Source: Candidatus Marinacidobacterales bacterium
Lineage (GTDB): Bacteria > Acidobacteriota > Vicinamibacteria > Marinacidobacterales > SMYC01
Assembly: GCA_965237955.1 (NCBI GenBank)
Contig: OZ250169.1
Coordinates: 800,001 to 864,000 of the forward strand
DNA length: 64,000 nt
Direction of reading: 5' to 3'
The translations under genes were made by a program, and so were the position numbers. Each line of letters begins with the position of its first letter. The first letter of the stretch is position 1. Under the pieces are notes generated by a model. The model worked only from the letters and a program-made list of their open reading frames with translations, ran no database searches and was not told the origin of the DNA. Shown here one piece after another: positions 61,018-64,000 of the stretch.

Positions 61018-64000
61018 TCAGTCTCTCAATGCCGCAATCAATTCGGCCGGCAGGCCTTCGGATGAGTCGGCCGGCAGTTCGAAGAGGCTCCATCCCCGGT
61101 CGTCCGCTGCGGCCTTCACCGCCTCCGGAATAACGCCCGCTCTCGCGGCAACGTAATGGCTATGCCAGGTGAAAGGGAACGAAACATCGGCAAGGGTTAG
61201 ATGCCTTGCGTTCGGCGCGGGGATGCCATGTTGGTCGAAGACCTCCGACCAGCCGCCCTCAGTCACAGTGCCTTCCGGCGCAGTCGCGAGCACGACCTTT
61301 CCTCGCGCGAGATCAATCAGCAGTTGCTGTACCGCGACGCTGGCACGGTCGATCAACTCGTGATCGGGCTGGTTGAAATAGGACAGAAGACAACGATAAC
61401 AGCCCCGCACGCAGGCTTCTTCGCGTTCCTTGAGAAGGTTCGGGTCGTCTGCGGCGATGGCGGCATCGACCTCGTCGAAATGCATGAGTTCGAGGGCTTG
61501 CCTCGCAACCTGGTTCAGTGCATCCGGATCTTCAATCAGGCGGCTCAGCACGCCCGCACCGCCCTCGCTTGCCTCATAGGCAAGGACAGCGCGCCGGTTA
61601 TCCCGGCTGGGTAATGGCTCTCCAAGAATTTCGCCTTCCTCAAGCTGGAAGACCACCGCGATACCCCGCATCAGGGCATGCTGGAGTGTGGCGATGGTGC
61701 TCTGGTCATGGCTATCTTCGAACCGAAACAAGAGGGCATTTTTCCGGTCCCGAACAATCGGAACGATCCGCACCAGCCTGACCACATCGGGCCGAACCTC
61801 CACGTCCTCTGGATCCTCATCCTCAGTCTTGGCCCAGTATCCCGTGCGGGGATCGATCGCGAATCCGAGCACAGTTTTGTTGCGGCGCCGCTTCAAGCCT
61901 TTGTTGATCCGACTTATTTCTGCGCTGTTGGCGTATTGCAATTTCATCAGAGGCGTATCCCCGACTTGAAACTCGGCCTCAGTGACCTCGACACGCCCGT
62001 GCTTTCTCGGCCATGCGAAAACGGTCTGAATCTCAAAGCCCTGGCGAATCCGTTCCTCGTCATTGGCGGTGATACGCTCGGTCGGAGCCGCTTCGACATT
62101 GTCGATCCTTAGCGTACGTTTGACCGGTATCGCTCCGGCCATCGGGAACTGGCAGGCGTGACAGCGCTCGACTTCGCCATTGTGAGCCCCACCACAGTTC
62201 GGACAAATCACGATGTCCTGCGTCGCAAGCTGCTGACCATCAGCGGTCCGGACTTCGGGAGGCAGTTTCGCCTTGACGACCCGAAATGCGCGGCCTTCAT
62301 GATAGATGAGACTGCGAGGGCCGAACTCGGAGATAGCAAGAAAGCGGGAGCGCTGCAGGTAGGAACCTGACCTGCCCTCGCCCGGGACGAAGGCGTAGAG
62401 CGGCAACCGGGGAAAATTGTAGCCAGGAAGAAACCCTTCGGTCGCAAGGTAACGGTACGAGTAGAAGTCCGAGCCGTGGGTTGACTTGCCTCGTTCAAGA
62501 AGGGTGACCTGATCCGTGGCCTGCATCTGTGCAGCCTTGATCTTGCGCCGCTCGGCTCCAGATAGTCCTGGCACTTGAGACTGCTTGTTGGCCTCGATCA
62601 GTTGCGTGCGCGCGGAGTCATAAAGGTCACGCCATCGGTCGAAGGCGCTGTTGAACTCCGCAGATGCCTGGGTAGCAACCTCCTTTACATAGTCATCCGG
62701 GTCATCTATCCAGATAGGCTTCCGCTCGCCGACTGATGTGAGGACTTGCTCAAGGACACGGCGCAGCGGGGCGCAGGCCTTGTCCACCAGGGCGGGATCC
62801 CGGATGACCCCCCAAATCTCGTCCCTGAGGGGATAGCCTGGTTTCTGGAGGTCGAGGATTTCGGGAATGTCCGGCGACAGGGCCAGCCCCGCTGTGGCAA
62901 GCCAGACCGCCTGTAGATGAGAAGTGATTAGGTTCTTGTTGGTGATGTCGAGTGCTGGCGGGCGAACCGCACCGGCCACCATGTCGATGCGCCGCTCGAA
63001 AAAATACTGATCATGCGGCGACTGGGCCGCACAGTAAGTGAAAATCAAGGCCGTCTGTCCTGACCGTCCCGCGCGGCCCGCACGCTGCACATAATTGGCG
63101 GGCGTAGGCGGAACATTGCGCAGGTAGACCGTATTCAACGCCGAGATATCGACCCCCAGTTCCATGGTCGGCGTACAGAACAACGCGGGGAGAAACTGTT
63201 TCGATTCCCCGCTGGCCTTGATTTCAGCCTCGCACTCCGCGATCCGTGCTCGGTCGTCGGCTTCGAAGCGGAAACGCCATTCCCGCCATTCCCGTTGCTT
63301 GTGGTTCACCTGGGCCGTATGCTCCCGGCTCTCCATGCCGAACAACGAGCTGGTGTTTGCCTCGAGATCGTCGGCAACTCTGGTATAGAGGCCGCGGAAG
63401 TAAGGATTGCCGACAGCCGCTGCGCTCGGAGTGGCTTTACCTGCAATCAGTCGAATGGCTGAGGGTGATAGACGCCACCCTTGAAGTTCGCCTTCACTGG
63501 CCGTCAAAGTCACAAGCCCTTCTCCGGCCAGAATGGCAAGGAGATTGGTAAGGAAGGTGATGTAGTCGTCCCCACCAAGCTTGGTACCGATGATGCTCTC
63601 ATGGTTAATGAGGCGCGCTATGCGCGAACGCGGACCCGCGCGAAGGATCATCCGTTCTTCACGCAGACTGGTAACTTTCTTGCCAGGGGCTTTCAGGAAG
63701 AGGGTGGTACGCTCCCGCGTTGTTTCCTTGTCATCGATGCTCCAGGGAGCTCGCAGGACCGACCGCGATCTCTGGGCAACGGTGTCCAGAACGGCAAGAT
63801 CGAGAGCCTCGGTATCGACAGCTAAGCCTTCGAGCATGGCCGTTAGCAAAATCCTGATGACCTTCTTGCGAGCGTCATGATCCAGAGAGTCGAGCTCAGG
63901 CAGAATAGCCGCGAGTCTCCCCACGTCCGCAGCCACGTCGTCGAGCCCAACGAAATCCACATCGATCAACTTCAGCACGGAGAGGTTCGGATTAGTGAAA
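61018..64000 (-). CDS. YprA/DrmA-like SF2 helicase fused to DUF1998 Zn domain (5' end outside the window)
   Basis: HTAQV, TPTMELGVDI, QRAGRAGR, EGGAGV, CVRGCYRCLLSY. Confidence 0.88.
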   Translation of the reverse strand, partial: FTNPNLSVLKLIDVDFVGLDDVAADVGRLAAILPELDSLDHDARKKVIRILLTAMLEGLAVDTEALDLAVLDTVAQRSRSVLRAPWSIDDKETTRERTTLFLKAPGKKVTSLREERMILRAGPRSRIARLINHESIIGTKLGGDDYITFLTNLLAILAGEGLVTLTASEGELQGWRLSPSAIRLIAGKATPSAAAVGNPYFRGLYTRVADDLEANTSSLFGMESREHTAQVNHKQREWREWRFRFEADDRARIAECEAEIKASGESKQFLPALFCTPTMELGVDISALNTVYLRNVPPTPANYVQRAGRAGRSGQTALIFTYCAAQSPHDQYFFERRIDMVAGAVRPPALDITNKNLITSHLQAVWLATAGLALSPDIPEILDLQKPGYPLRDEIWGVIRDPALVDKACAPLRRVLEQVLTSVGERKPIWIDDPDDYVKEVATQASAEFNSAFDRWRDLYDSARTQLIEANKQSQVPGLSGAERRKIKAAQMQATDQVTLLERGKSTHGSDFYSYRYLATEGFLPGYNFPRLPLYAFVPGEGRSGSYLQRSRFLAISEFGPRSLIYHEGRAFRVVKAKLPPEVRTADGQQLATQDIVICPNCGGAHNGEVERCHACQFPMAGAIPVKRTLRIDNVEAAPTERITANDEERIRQGFEIQTVFAWPRKHGRVEVTEAEFQVGDTPLMKLQYANSAEISRINKGLKRRRNKTVLGFAIDPRTGYWAKTEDEDPEDVEVRPDVVRLVRIVPIVRDRKNALLFRFEDSHDQSTIATLQHALMRGIAVVFQLEEGEILGEPLPSRDNRRAVLAYEASEGGAGVLSRLIEDPDALNQVARQALELMHFDEVDAAIAADDPNLLKEREEACVRGCYRCLLSYFNQPDHELIDRASVAVQQLLIDLARGKVVLATAPEGTVTEGGWSEVFDQHGIPAPNARHLTLADVSFPFTWHSHYVAARAGVIPEAVKAAADDRGWSLFELPADSSEGLPAELIAALRD

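Overview
GC-rich bacterial accessory region (possibly Acidobacteriota; this is an inference from gene content). It is a defence island embedded in a dense patchwork of mobile DNA. Intact cargo: (1) a complete BREX type-1-like operon (brxA-like, brxB, brxC, pglX, pglZ, brxL) with a PHP-ABC/SMC ATPase and a Schlafen/AlbA_2 gene inserted between pglX and pglZ; (2) a DISARM-related helicase(DUF1998)-SNF2-methyltransferase-HNH operon running off the right edge; (3) stand-alone candidate effectors (NDT/TIR-like, DUF4238-SEC-C, HEPN-like, and a tandem paralogous HEPN-like pair); (4) a CIRCE-preceded hsp20(pseudo)-groES-groEL operon; (5) a Kef-type antiporter, a SelA-like PLP enzyme and yggT. Mobile DNA: IS21, IS3, IS5/IS903-like and several rve-integrase IS with TGT..ACA or CG-flanked ends, MITEs, group II intron remnants, an integron attC with flanking cassette remnants, a tRNA-Thr att fragment, and three copies of a non-coding element with 21-22-bp-periodic TCCCTGTT repeats. 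The most striking pattern is about 30 solitary, related element-end motifs. They cut the region into modules, abut intact genes within 3-30 bp and truncate shards of other defence genes (cas3 HD, type ISP RM, a second brxL). All family calls come from motif recognition by eye, not database searches, and assembly chimerism cannot be excluded.
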